Assembly: GCA_009838965.1 (NCBI GenBank)
Contig: VXQP01000081.1
Location: forward strand, 7,854-71,853
Length of the DNA stretch: 64,000 nucleotides
DNA from: Chloroflexota bacterium
Lineage (GTDB): Bacteria > Chloroflexota > Dehalococcoidia > Lucifugimonadales > Australimonadaceae
Reading direction: 5' to 3'
In this document: piece by piece, positions 35,799 to 45,096 of the stretch
How the letters are laid out: every line of letters begins with the position of its first letter
Numbering within the stretch: position 1 is the first letter of the stretch
Program-made: the position numbers and the translations under genes
The notes under the pieces: model-generated
Seen by the model: only the letters and a program-made list of their open reading frames with translations
Databases searched by the model: none
What the model was told of the DNA's origin: nothing

Positions 35799-36140
35799 TC
35801 AGTGCAGAAGGGCATCGACCTTGCCCTGGACTTCGGCCACTGCCTGCAAGGTAGTTTGGCATGCGAAGCGTGCCCATCGCGCTCGCCAATCCAGGCTCTT
35901 GATCTGGTCGGCAAGGACGGCACCCGTAACCACGTTGTCGGGGGGAAGCAGGACTTCGAACGGATAGCCCTTCACCTGCGAAGTGATAGGGCAACAAAGT
36001 GCCAGCCCGGTTCTTTCGTTATAGACCTGTGGGCTCAGGACAAGGGCTGGACGATGGCCGGCTTGTTCGTGTCCTGCCTGGGGCGTGAAGTCAAGCCAAA
36101 CGATGTCACCTCGGCGGGGAACGTAGTCGCCTTCTACCAT
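35799..36140 (-). CDS. mazF: MazF/PemK endoribonuclease toxin
   Basis: PRRGDIVWLDFTPQAGHEQAGHRPALVLSP, CPITSQVKGYPFEV. Confidence 0.9.
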   Translation of the reverse strand: MVEGDYVPRRGDIVWLDFTPQAGHEQAGHRPALVLSPQVYNERTGLALCCPITSQVKGYPFEVLLPPDNVVTGAVLADQIKSLDWRARWARFACQTTLQAVAEVQGKVDALLH

Positions 36141-36373
36141 GCCTCATTGCCCTGAGGCTTACCGAAGTCCTGCTCTGCGTGCAGGTTGTCCGGAGTCACT
36201 TCAGCGAGCATGGCCTCCAAGTCGTAGGGCTGCTTACGAAGCACGACTTCTCCACCACGTGAGATCAACTCTATTGCTGAGCCTTCCTGGACACCCCACT
36301 GTTCGACAATCGCCTTGGGGATACGGACGGCGAGGCTGGTTCCCCACCGGGAGACGTGTGTTTTCGCGCCCAT
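36134..36373 (-). CDS. mazE: AbrB/SpoVT-fold antitoxin MazE
   Basis: VSRWGTSLAVRIPKAIVEQWGVQEGS. GGAGGTG RBS. Overlaps mazF by 7 nt. Start trimmed from ORF 36838. Confidence 0.85.
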   Translation of the reverse strand: MGAKTHVSRWGTSLAVRIPKAIVEQWGVQEGSAIELISRGGEVVLRKQPYDLEAMLAEVTPDNLHAEQDFGKPQGNEAW

Positions 36374-36394
36374 CAGTCCACCTCCGACATATCT

Positions 36395-36400
36395 ATTATA
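36395..36400 (-). promoter_or_regulatory. -10 box TATAAT for mazEF
   Basis: The minus strand reads GCTATAATAGATATGTCGGAGGTGGACTGATG. Confidence 0.45.
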
Positions 36401-36435
36401 GCGATATACCTTACGACCAACAACGTTTCGGTGCA

Positions 36436-37395
36436 CTACAGCTGCGTCCCGATGATGACGGCGATGACTCCGGAGACGGCGAAGAGGGTGCCGAGGACGA
36501 GCGGCAGGGTGATCCGCTCCAACCGTTGTAGGAAGAAGTGCGCCAGCACCAGCGCCACGACCGGGTTGAGCGCGAATACCGGCGAGACCACGATCACCGG
36601 CGCTTTGCTCAGCGCCAGGTAGAGGAATGCAACACCGGAGGACATGAACAGGCCGCCTACCGCCACGGACAGGAGCGCCCGCCGCGGCGCGTCCCGGAGC
36701 ATCACGGGTATGGACCTGGAGGAGAGCACGCCCATCGCGATGAAGCCGACGAGCATCGTATACGTCGCGGTGACGAGTGGTACGGTCAGGTCGGTCACGG
36801 CCACGCGCCCCAGCACGGTAATGGTGCCGTAAGCCCATGCCGCTCCGAACGCCGCGAGGTAACCGAAGAGGCGGGGACGGCGCTCGATGAGCCCGAGCCG
36901 CTTCCCGTCAGGGGGCGGCGTGGGAGCCGCTGGACGCTGCGTTTCTCCCCCGCGCGCCTTCACCTCGCCGTAGACCGCGACGATGACGCCGGTGACAGTC
37001 AACAGCGTTCCTCCCGCTATAGCCCAGTTGAGGCGCTCGCCGAGGAAGACGACGCCTTCGAACGCGGAGATGATGGGTGCCATCGCGAGGACGGGGTTCG
37101 CCCTCAGTATCCCGAGGTTCTTCATGCTGACGAAGTTCAGGAAACGGCCGCCGGGGAAGTTGATGATGCCGATCATCGCGAGCCAGGCGAACGTACCGAG
37201 TGTGACGCCGAAGAGCGCGTCAGGGTGGAGGACCGCCGTGATGCTCGCGATGAGCACCCAGCCGACAACGAGCGATACGAAGTTGCCCGCGCCCGCGGGG
37301 ATGTGTACGAGCCCGACGCGCGCAAGCAGCATGCCGGTGCCGAAGCTGAGCGGCACCAGAAGCGCTATCAGTGCACCGGTGAGTTCAGGCGACAT
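36436..37395 (-). CDS. EamA/DMT-superfamily transporter
   Basis: 319 aa, about ten hydrophobic segments, two EamA-like halves. Confidence 0.8.
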   Translation of the reverse strand: MSPELTGALIALLVPLSFGTGMLLARVGLVHIPAGAGNFVSLVVGWVLIASITAVLHPDALFGVTLGTFAWLAMIGIINFPGGRFLNFVSMKNLGILRANPVLAMAPIISAFEGVVFLGERLNWAIAGGTLLTVTGVIVAVYGEVKARGGETQRPAAPTPPPDGKRLGLIERRPRLFGYLAAFGAAWAYGTITVLGRVAVTDLTVPLVTATYTMLVGFIAMGVLSSRSIPVMLRDAPRRALLSVAVGGLFMSSGVAFLYLALSKAPVIVVSPVFALNPVVALVLAHFFLQRLERITLPLVLGTLFAVSGVIAVIIGTQL

Positions 37396-37434
37396 GCGTG
37401 GCCGGCCCGCCAGGTTCGGTGTGCGGTCGAGTAC

Positions 37435-38394
37435 TCATAACTGTGTCCCGATGATAACGGCGATGACGCCCGCGACCGCGAAGAAGGTGCCGAGAACGAG
37501 CGGTAGGGTGATGCGCTCCAGCCGCTGCAGGAAGAGGTGCGCCAGCACGAGCGATACGACCGCGGTGAGCGAGAAGACCGGCGAGACCACGATCACCGGC
37601 GCCTTGCTCAACGCCAGGTAGAGGAACGCGACGCCCGTGGACATGGCTGCGCCGCCCAGCGCGACCAGGAGCAGCGAGCGGCGAGGGGCGTGTCGCACCA
37701 TCCCCGGTATCGACCCGGCAGAGAGCAGGCCCATGACGATGAAACCGACGAGCATCGTGTACGTCGCGGAGACGAGCGGGATGGCGAAGTCGGTTACGGC
37801 AACGCGCCCAAGTGCGGGGACCGATCCGTAGGCGCAAGCTGCGCCCGCCGCCGCGAAGTAGCCGAACAGGCGCGGGTGGCGCTCGATGAGCCCGTGATGG
37901 TTTTCGCTGGAGGCCGGTACTGGCGCCACGGGCTGAGGAGTTCCGCTGCCGCGCGCGGAAACTTCTCCGTAGACGACGAAGATGATGCCGGAGACAGCCA
38001 TCAGCGTCCCTATCGCTATCGCCCAGTTGAGCTGTTCGCCAAGGAAGACGACTCCCTCGAACGCGGAGACGATGGGCGCCATCGCAAGGATGGGGTTGGC
38101 CCTGAGGATGCCGAGGTACTTGATGCTGACGAAGTTCAGGAAGCGCCCGCCGGGAAAGTTGACGACGCCGATCATCGCGAGCCAGCCGAACGTGCCCAGG
38201 GTGATGCCGAAGAGGGCGTCCGGGTAGAGCACTGCTGTGATGCTGGCGATGAGCAGCCAGCCTGTTACGAGCGATACGAAGTTGCCCGCGCCCGCGGGGA
38301 TGTGCACGAGGCCGGCGCGCGCAAGCACCGTGCCGGTGCCGAAGCAGAGCGGTACAAGGAGCGCTATCAGCCCGCCGGTGAGTTCAGGCGACAT
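37435..38394 (-). CDS. EamA/DMT-superfamily transporter, tandem paralogue
   Basis: Same length as 36436..37395 and collinear with it. Confidence 0.8.
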   Translation of the reverse strand: MSPELTGGLIALLVPLCFGTGTVLARAGLVHIPAGAGNFVSLVTGWLLIASITAVLYPDALFGITLGTFGWLAMIGVVNFPGGRFLNFVSIKYLGILRANPILAMAPIVSAFEGVVFLGEQLNWAIAIGTLMAVSGIIFVVYGEVSARGSGTPQPVAPVPASSENHHGLIERHPRLFGYFAAAGAACAYGSVPALGRVAVTDFAIPLVSATYTMLVGFIVMGLLSAGSIPGMVRHAPRRSLLLVALGGAAMSTGVAFLYLALSKAPVIVVSPVFSLTAVVSLVLAHLFLQRLERITLPLVLGTFFAVAGVIAVIIGTQL

Positions 38395-38400
38395 CCGCCG

Positions 38401-39732
38401 TTAGTCGAAAGCCCAGGCCGGGAGCGCAGTCGCGATCTGCGGGAAGGCGATGACCAGTCCGACCGCGATGATGTCCAGGATCACGAACGGGATGCTTGCG
38501 CGGTACAGGTCGGACATGGACGCCTGCGGGACGACTCCCTTGAGTGCGAACAGCATCATGCCGAACGGCGGCGTGATCGCGCCGATGGAGATGTTCATGA
38601 GGAACAGCACCCAGAACCAGACCGGGTCTATGCCGAGCGGTTCCAGGATGGGCACGAGCACCGGGATCGCCACCAGCATGATGGAGAGCTGGTCGATGAA
38701 GAAGCCGAGGATGAGCACCGCCAGCTGCACGATGATGACGAGCATGACGGCGGAGAGGCCGAGTTCGACGATGAATGCCAGGAACTCGCGCGTTGCGCCC
38801 GTGAACGCCAGGAGCTGGCCGAGCGCTACGGCGCCGGTGATGATGAGGAAGATCATCCCGCCGATGTACAGGGTGCCGTAGAGGGAGTCCTTGACCACCT
38901 TGAAGGTGAGCCGTCGGTAGAGCGCCGCGACGATGAACGCGCCGATCGCGCCCGTGGCAGCGGCCTCGCTCGGCGTCGTGACGCCGAAGAGGATGAAGCC
39001 CATCACCATGATGATGATGATGCCGAGCGGGCTCATCTGTGCGAGTCCGAGGAAGCGGTAGCGCCAAGTGACCGACTCTCCCGTGTAGGGCGGCGCGAGG
39101 TTCGGGTTCATCCGTACGCGGACCCAGATGTACGTGCCGTAGACGGCCACCATCAGCAGGCCCGGCATGAAGCCGCCGATGAGGAGCCGCGCGATGGAGA
39201 CTTCCGCCAGGCTGCCCAGCAGCACCGCCAGCGCGCTGGGCGGGATGATGGCGGCGAGCAGTCCCGACGACATGATGGTGCCGAGCGAGAGGCGGCGGTC
39301 GTAGCCCCGCCTCTCCATCTCCGGGTGGAGCGTCGTGCCGAGGAGGGCGGTGTCCGCCATACCCGCGCCGCTGAGGGTCGCGAGTATCGTTCCCGCGCCG
39401 AGAGAAGTGAACAGCAGGCGCGCGCGCACCTTGCCTATCCACCGGTCCATCACGTCGATCGTCAGCCCGATGACGCGGGACTGGAACAGCACCTCGCCGA
39501 GCAGGAAGAACATCGGTATGGCGAGCAGGTTGAACGTCGCCACCGATCTATAGACGCTGCCTGCCAGCAACTCGAGGCCCTTGAGTCCGTCCACGACCAG
39601 GAGGAGGCCGGCGATGTTCAGCACGGCGAAGGCCATCGCCACCGGCATGCCTGTCGACATAAGCGCAAGCAGGAGCGCGAAGAAGATGATGAGGGTGAGC
39701 CACCAGGAGAATTCGAAGCCGAAGAGTTCCAT
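38401..39732 (-). CDS. dctM: TRAP transporter large permease
   Basis: 443 aa polytopic protein with MPVAMAF...LLAIPMFFLLGEVL. Confidence 0.9.
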   Translation of the reverse strand: MELFGFEFSWWLTLIIFFALLLALMSTGMPVAMAFAVLNIAGLLLVVDGLKGLELLAGSVYRSVATFNLLAIPMFFLLGEVLFQSRVIGLTIDVMDRWIGKVRARLLFTSLGAGTILATLSGAGMADTALLGTTLHPEMERRGYDRRLSLGTIMSSGLLAAIIPPSALAVLLGSLAEVSIARLLIGGFMPGLLMVAVYGTYIWVRVRMNPNLAPPYTGESVTWRYRFLGLAQMSPLGIIIIMVMGFILFGVTTPSEAAATGAIGAFIVAALYRRLTFKVVKDSLYGTLYIGGMIFLIITGAVALGQLLAFTGATREFLAFIVELGLSAVMLVIIVQLAVLILGFFIDQLSIMLVAIPVLVPILEPLGIDPVWFWVLFLMNISIGAITPPFGMMLFALKGVVPQASMSDLYRASIPFVILDIIAVGLVIAFPQIATALPAWAFD

Positions 39733-39740
39733 GAGCCGGC

Positions 39741-40475
39741 CTAGATGCCTGCCTCCTCAACCGTCTCCCTGTAGCGGCGCAGGCGCACGGCGTTGACGCC
39801 CATGCGGAGGAACTGGAGGCCAAGGAGCGTGAAGCCGTAGGGGATGACCCAGGTGACTTCCGCGCGCGGGACCTCTATCCCCTGCAGGAGGATCGCGTTG
39901 GACTGGAACTCCTCCACGGTCTTCTCGAACGCCTTGTACGTGAGGACGCCGCAGACACCCGAGGAGATGAACGAGCCGACGATGTAGAACCAGAGCCGCG
40001 CGGTGCCGCCAAGCCGCTCGGTGATGGCAGTCATCCGCACATGGCCCTCGCGCCGGAGCACGATGGGCGCCGCGAGGAACGTAAGGTAGAGCAGGCTGAA
40101 CTCGGTCGTAGGCAGGGCCCACTTCAACGGTTCCGTCCACGGGAGCGCGCGCATGAGCACGTTCGCGCCGATAGCGAATGCCACGTAGAGCACGATGAGC
40201 GCGCCCGCGAATGCAGAGATATCTATGACCCCGTCGAATATACGGGTGAGCAGCGGATTCCCGGCGCGCGCCTCCCGCTGCTGCTCCGCGATGTCCAGCA
40301 GTTTGTCCAACGCCCCGATGAAGAAGAGGAGTATCACCGCCCACAGGAAGACCTGGACGAAGAAGAAGGGCGGGAACTTCTCTTCCTGCACGAAGAAGAC
40401 CAGCGTTCTTCCGATGTCAAGCACCAGGACGACGGCCAGGACTATCTTGGCGAGGCTGTATCTCTTCGCTGCCAT
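39741..40475 (-). CDS. dctQ: TRAP transporter small permease
   Basis: Four or more TM segments, with EGHVRMTAITERL typical of DctQ. Lies between dctP and dctM. Confidence 0.75.
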   Translation of the reverse strand: MAAKRYSLAKIVLAVVLVLDIGRTLVFFVQEEKFPPFFFVQVFLWAVILLFFIGALDKLLDIAEQQREARAGNPLLTRIFDGVIDISAFAGALIVLYVAFAIGANVLMRALPWTEPLKWALPTTEFSLLYLTFLAAPIVLRREGHVRMTAITERLGGTARLWFYIVGSFISSGVCGVLTYKAFEKTVEEFQSNAILLQGIEVPRAEVTWVIPYGFTLLGLQFLRMGVNAVRLRRYRETVEEAGI

Positions 40476-40521
40476 TATTCCATCGCCGTTAGCTGCTCTT
40501 TCAAGGAGTAGAGCGGGTTGC

Positions 40522-40556
40522 CGCGGGCCGGGCTCCTCGGGGAAGCCCGGCCCGCG
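40522..40556 (-). terminator. Intercistronic hairpin between dctP and dctQ (partial terminator or mRNA stabiliser)
   Basis: 13-bp stem CGCGGGCCGGGCT / AGCCCGGCCCGCG. No U-tract. Confidence 0.45.
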
Positions 40557-40570
40557 TAGATGAGTTCTTC

Positions 40571-42643
40571 CTACTGTCGGTCAGGCAGGATGATGTCGTT
40601 CACACAGCGGATGGCGTCGGCCAGCGGCTGACCGAGCACCGGGTCCGGCGCGATGATGAAGTCCTCGATGATCTTGTCGTAGTGGTCGTTGCTCCACCTC
40701 TGCTGCAACTCGTCGGGCCAATCGATGCTCTCGATGCCCTGCGCAGCCAGTGTCTCGACCTCGGTCCGTTCAACCTCGTCGATGTACTCGGTGTAGAACT
40801 TCGAGGCGGTCTTGGTGGCGGCGCGCACCGCCTCCTGCTGGCGAGGCGACATGTTGTCCCAGGATTCCTGGTTGAACATGATTCCGATACCGCCGCCGCC
40901 CGCAAGCGAGTCGGGGTACTGGTACTTGATGACCTCGTTCCACTTGCCGGCCAGCGCACCGGCGCCGCCCCAGTAGAGACCCTTGATGACGCCCTTCTCG
41001 AGCGCGGGGTAGATCTCGGAGAACTGCAGCGGAGTCGTCGTTGCGCCGTAGGCGTGTATGAACGGCTGGTAGATGGTTGCAGCGCGCAGGTGTACGCCGT
41101 CCAGGTCGCCGATCTCGCGGATCGGGTCAACCGTCCACAGGCGTGCGCCCCAGCCGCCCGTTATCGACGCGACGTACTGGATGCCCAGCGGCGCGTAGAT
41201 GTCCTCCAGCGCGTCGTACATGCCGCACTGCAAGCGCGGCGTGTGGTTGTCCGCGACGCGGGTGTAGTTGGCGGCGACGTTCTCGCCGAGGCCGAGCTTG
41301 GTGTGGTCGGTGTGGTATGCGCCCACGGTTGCGATGGCGTCGTAGACACCCTCACGTGTCGGAGCGAACTGCTCCAGCGAGTGGGTGACCTCCGGGCCGC
41401 CGACCCGGTTGATGGTGACCGTGCCGTTGGAGATCCGGTTGACCTCTTCGATGAAGAAGGCCGTGGACCTGGCAACGTCCAGCACGGTCGGGAACGCGTC
41501 GATCAGGTCGATCGTGACCGGCTCGTCGACTACTTCGCGGTCGGGCAGCACGATGTCGTTCACGCAGCGGATAGCGTCGGCCAGCGGCTGACCGAGCACC
41601 GGATCCGGCGCGATGATGAAGTCATCGATGATCTTGTCGTAGTGGTCGTTGGTCCAGCGATTCTTCAGGTCCTCGGGCCAGGGGATGGTCTCGATACCGC
41701 GCTCTCCGAGGACTGCAACCTCGTTGCGCTCAACGCCGTCGATGAACTCGGTGTAGAACTCGGCGGCGTTCTTGATGGCGTCCCTGACCGCCTGCTGCTG
41801 CTTCTCGGACAGCTGGTCCCAGGCGTCCTGGTTGAACATGATGGAGACGCCGCCACCGCCCGCGAGCGAGTCGGGGTACTGGTACTTGATGACCTCGTCC
41901 CACTTGCCGTTCAAGGCGCCGACGCCGCCCCAGTAGAGCCCCTTGATAACGCCCTTCTCGAGCGCGGGGTAGATCTCGGAGAACTGCAGCGGTGTGGTGG
42001 TTGCGCCGTAGGCGTGGAGGAACGGCTGGTAGATGGTAGCCGCCCGCAGGTGTACCCCGTCCAGGTCGCCCACGTCGCGGACCGGGTCGATCGTCCAGAG
42101 CCTCGCGCCCCAGCCGCCTGCGATGGAGCCGACGTACTGGATGCCTAGCGGCGCGTAGATGTCCTCCAGCGCGTCGTACAGGCCGCATTCCACGCGCGGC
42201 GTGTAGTTGTCCGCGACGCGGGTGTAGTTGGCGGCGACGTTCTCGCCGAGGCCGAGCTTGGTGTGATCGGTGTGGTACGCGCCGACGGTGGCGATGGCGT
42301 CGTAAACGCCGTCGCGAGTCGGAGCGAACTGCTCGAGGGAGTGGGTGACCTCGGGGCCGCCGACGCGGTTGATGGTTACGCTCCCGTCGGAGAGCTTGCT
42401 CACCTCTTCAATGAAGAATGCGGTCGCCTTGGAGACGTCCAGCACCTCAGGGAAGGCGTCGATCAGGTCGATGGTGACCCGCCTCGCCTTCTCCTCCATC
42501 ATGGCCGCCTCTGTTGGCGTTGGCGTGGCCGCAGCCTGTTGGGGAACGGGCGTGGCCGTCGGCTCGTCGTCGCCGCATGCGCTCGCAAAGAGACCGAGAG
42601 CGGCGATCAGTGCGATTGCTACCAGGTACCTGCTGACTCTCAT
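40571..42643 (-). CDS. dctP: TRAP substrate-binding lipoprotein with two tandem DctP-like domains
   Basis: Lipobox FASACG, a short P/T linker, then two 315-aa modules offset by exactly 320 aa. Confidence 0.8.
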   Translation of the reverse strand: MRVSRYLVAIALIAALGLFASACGDDEPTATPVPQQAAATPTPTEAAMMEEKARRVTIDLIDAFPEVLDVSKATAFFIEEVSKLSDGSVTINRVGGPEVTHSLEQFAPTRDGVYDAIATVGAYHTDHTKLGLGENVAANYTRVADNYTPRVECGLYDALEDIYAPLGIQYVGSIAGGWGARLWTIDPVRDVGDLDGVHLRAATIYQPFLHAYGATTTPLQFSEIYPALEKGVIKGLYWGGVGALNGKWDEVIKYQYPDSLAGGGGVSIMFNQDAWDQLSEKQQQAVRDAIKNAAEFYTEFIDGVERNEVAVLGERGIETIPWPEDLKNRWTNDHYDKIIDDFIIAPDPVLGQPLADAIRCVNDIVLPDREVVDEPVTIDLIDAFPTVLDVARSTAFFIEEVNRISNGTVTINRVGGPEVTHSLEQFAPTREGVYDAIATVGAYHTDHTKLGLGENVAANYTRVADNHTPRLQCGMYDALEDIYAPLGIQYVASITGGWGARLWTVDPIREIGDLDGVHLRAATIYQPFIHAYGATTTPLQFSEIYPALEKGVIKGLYWGGAGALAGKWNEVIKYQYPDSLAGGGGIGIMFNQESWDNMSPRQQEAVRAATKTASKFYTEYIDEVERTEVETLAAQGIESIDWPDELQQRWSNDHYDKIIEDFIIAPDPVLGQPLADAIRCVNDIILPDRQ
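40574..41518 (-). repeat. Internal direct repeat, module 2 of the DctP-like gene
   Basis: aa 376-690 align without gaps to aa 56-370. Confidence 0.85.
41534..42478 (-). repeat. Internal direct repeat, module 1 of the DctP-like gene
   Basis: aa 56-370. Period 960 nt. Confidence 0.85.
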
Positions 42644-42700
42644 GATTCCTCCCTAACCCTGAATCAAGGGGCGTTTGTTCTGACGTACCCCCGGCTGACC

Positions 42701-43810
42701 CTAAGCCGCCGCGGAGCTGAGGCCGTAGAAGTCCAGCGAGTTCTTCCAGAGGATGGCTTCCTTCTCCTCCGGAGAGAGCTCTTCGATCTCGATTAACTCC
42801 TCAATCTCGTGCCGGATGCTGCCGAGGTTCACCTCGTGCGGGAAGTCGGACGAGAAGATGAACGCCTCCGGCCCGGCGACGTGCACCGCGTAGGCGAGCG
42901 CGGGTTCGTCGCCCTCGACGCCGACGCGCACGCGGCCCTGGCGGCAGAGGCTGATGAGGTAATCGCGTACGTTCATGCCCTCCGGCAGCTGCAGCAGTTC
43001 GCCGCGGGGGTCGAACGGGGTGAACGCCTCGTAGGAGCCGTTGAACCGCTCCAGTGCCATCAGGAACCAGCCGACCCCGCCCTCCAGGAAACCGACCTTC
43101 AGGCCGGGGAAGCGTTCGAACACGCCGTTGAAGAGCATCCCCGCCAGACCGATCATGATGCCGACGGGGTGGCCGATGGCATGCGTGGCCGCGAATACGT
43201 TCATGGTGTTCATGCCCAGGTCGTGGTGGGCGCCCCCGTGCACCGCCAGCGGTACGCCGAGGCGTTCGGCCTCCGCGTAGATCGGCCAGTAGGTCTTTGC
43301 GCCGAGGTGCGTCATCAGTCCGGTGGAGGGCAGCATCGCTCCGCACATGCCGAGGTCTTTCACGGCGCGGCGCAATTCCTCGACAGCGGCATCCGGCTCC
43401 TGCATCGGGATCAGGGCGACCGGGTGTAGACGGTTGTCCCTGTAGGAATACGCATCGGTGATCCAGTCGTTGTACGCCTGGCATGCCTGGATGGCGAAGT
43501 CCAGGTCGATGATCTTGCCGTAGGAGAGGCCGGAGGTGGGATAGAGCACGGCGGACTCGACCCCTGCCCTGTCCATGAACTCGCCCCAGCCCTCGACGCC
43601 CGGGTCCGTGAAGACGCCGTTGCTGATGCCGAAGGAGTCCTCCGGGTTGCGCACGACGCTGTGGTGCAAGTGGTCCAGTTGGGGGAAGATGCTAAACAGC
43701 TTGGCGATATTGGCATCCGCCAACGGGCTCCTCAGGTGGCTGCGCAGCCCCTCAGAGTCCTCGAAGATGTGTCCGTCGCCATCGATCACGATCTCCAGGT
43801 TAGCCATCAT
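42701..43810 (-). CDS. Amidohydrolase-2 family protein
   Basis: VIDGDGHIFED start, VHGG, and SSDFPHEV near the C-terminus. Start trimmed from ORF 43858. Confidence 0.8.
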   Translation of the reverse strand: MMANLEIVIDGDGHIFEDSEGLRSHLRSPLADANIAKLFSIFPQLDHLHHSVVRNPEDSFGISNGVFTDPGVEGWGEFMDRAGVESAVLYPTSGLSYGKIIDLDFAIQACQAYNDWITDAYSYRDNRLHPVALIPMQEPDAAVEELRRAVKDLGMCGAMLPSTGLMTHLGAKTYWPIYAEAERLGVPLAVHGGAHHDLGMNTMNVFAATHAIGHPVGIMIGLAGMLFNGVFERFPGLKVGFLEGGVGWFLMALERFNGSYEAFTPFDPRGELLQLPEGMNVRDYLISLCRQGRVRVGVEGDEPALAYAVHVAGPEAFIFSSDFPHEVNLGSIRHEIEELIEIEELSPEEKEAILWKNSLDFYGLSSAAA

Positions 43811-43998
43811 GCCCTCCCACTCCTGCGCCGTTATGGTGGGCACAGGCGCGCGAATCATACTTGGAAATCGCGGGCTTGTGTCAAGGAAAATGCCGGATTA
43901 CAGACCGATTTGCGGCAGGCGCAGCTCACATGTGCCATCACGCGCGTGGGCGCACCGTTGGTGATAGCATGCCGCCAAGCCGGGCAGGGGAGGAGAAT

Positions 43999-45066
43999 AT
44001 GACCACCACACAGGTCAGGCTTTTGGACTCGGACGGCCACCTGATCGAGTCGAACAGCGAACTCGGCGCGTACGTTGACGACTCCATCAAGGCGGTTGCC
44101 ACTGGACAGGTGCCCGCACAGGACGGCCCGTTCCCGACACTGGACGGCATCCACAACTTCTTCAAGGGTGAGGGCGGACGGTTCGGCGGAGAGCGGACGA
44201 TGGCCAGCGAGGAGCGCACCGGCTCCGGCGAAGACTGGACCCACTTCCTCGACAAGACCGGCATCGAACAGACCGTCATCTTCCCCACGCGCGGCCTTGC
44301 TGTCGGCTTCATCCAGACGCCCGAGTACGCCGACCGTCTCTGCCGCGCCTACAACGACTACGTGCACGACCGCTACCACAAGGTGGACGCGCGCATACAC
44401 CCCGTCGGGCTGATACCGCTGCAGAGCCCCAGCCTTGCGGTCGCGGAGCTGCGCCGCATCGTGCGCGACCTCGGCATGCCGGGCGCGATGCTCCCCACCA
44501 CCGGGCTGCCGCTGCACCTCGCCCACGAATACTACTGGCCGGTGTACGAGGAGGCTGCCAACCTCGGCTGCGTGCTCGCGCTGCACGGCGGTTCCAACCG
44601 GGGCATCGGGCTCGATACGTTCACCGACTTCGTGGGCTCGCACGTCTTGCACCATCCCGTGCCGCTCATGTACTCACTCGTCGCGCTGGTCTACCACGGC
44701 GTGTTTGACCGGTACCCCGGCCTCAAGCTCGCGTTCCTGGAAGGCGGCCCCGGCTGGCTCGTGCCCGTGCTCGACCGCGCGATACGCGACGACGAGTTCT
44801 TCGGTAAGGTGGCGAAGCGTCCCTTCGACGAGTACATCACAAGCGGGAACGTGCTGATCGGCTGCGAGGGGAACGACGTGAGCCTGCCGTACGTGGCCTC
44901 GCGCATCGGCATCGAGCCGTTCGCCTACTCCTCCGACTACCCGCACGAGGTCGACCTCGCCGCGGCGATGCACGAGATCGAGGAGACGCTGGAGGACGAG
45001 ACGCTCACCGACGATCAGAAGCACGCGGTGCTCTTCGAGAACACCCGCCGCTTCTACAGCTTCTAG
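43999..45066 (+). CDS. Amidohydrolase-2 family protein
   Basis: LLDSDGHLIES, LHGG, SSDYPHEVD. GGAGGAG RBS. Start trimmed from ORF 43861. Confidence 0.8.
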   Translation: MTTTQVRLLDSDGHLIESNSELGAYVDDSIKAVATGQVPAQDGPFPTLDGIHNFFKGEGGRFGGERTMASEERTGSGEDWTHFLDKTGIEQTVIFPTRGLAVGFIQTPEYADRLCRAYNDYVHDRYHKVDARIHPVGLIPLQSPSLAVAELRRIVRDLGMPGAMLPTTGLPLHLAHEYYWPVYEEAANLGCVLALHGGSNRGIGLDTFTDFVGSHVLHHPVPLMYSLVALVYHGVFDRYPGLKLAFLEGGPGWLVPVLDRAIRDDEFFGKVAKRPFDEYITSGNVLIGCEGNDVSLPYVASRIGIEPFAYSSDYPHEVDLAAAMHEIEETLEDETLTDDQKHAVLFENTRRFYSF

Positions 45067-45096
45067 AGACAGCACCGCACAACAGGAGGAGAGGTC

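Noticed and set aside
37537-39744. 735-aa plus-strand ORF, along with similar long ORFs at 11385-13049, 17233-18942, 27819-29135, 33512-34924, 44674-46062, 46425-47441, 25030-26301 and 23638-24822
   Set aside because: All lie opposite genes with clear family motifs and translate to Arg/Asp/Glu/Gly-rich low-complexity strings. I treated them as antisense artefacts.
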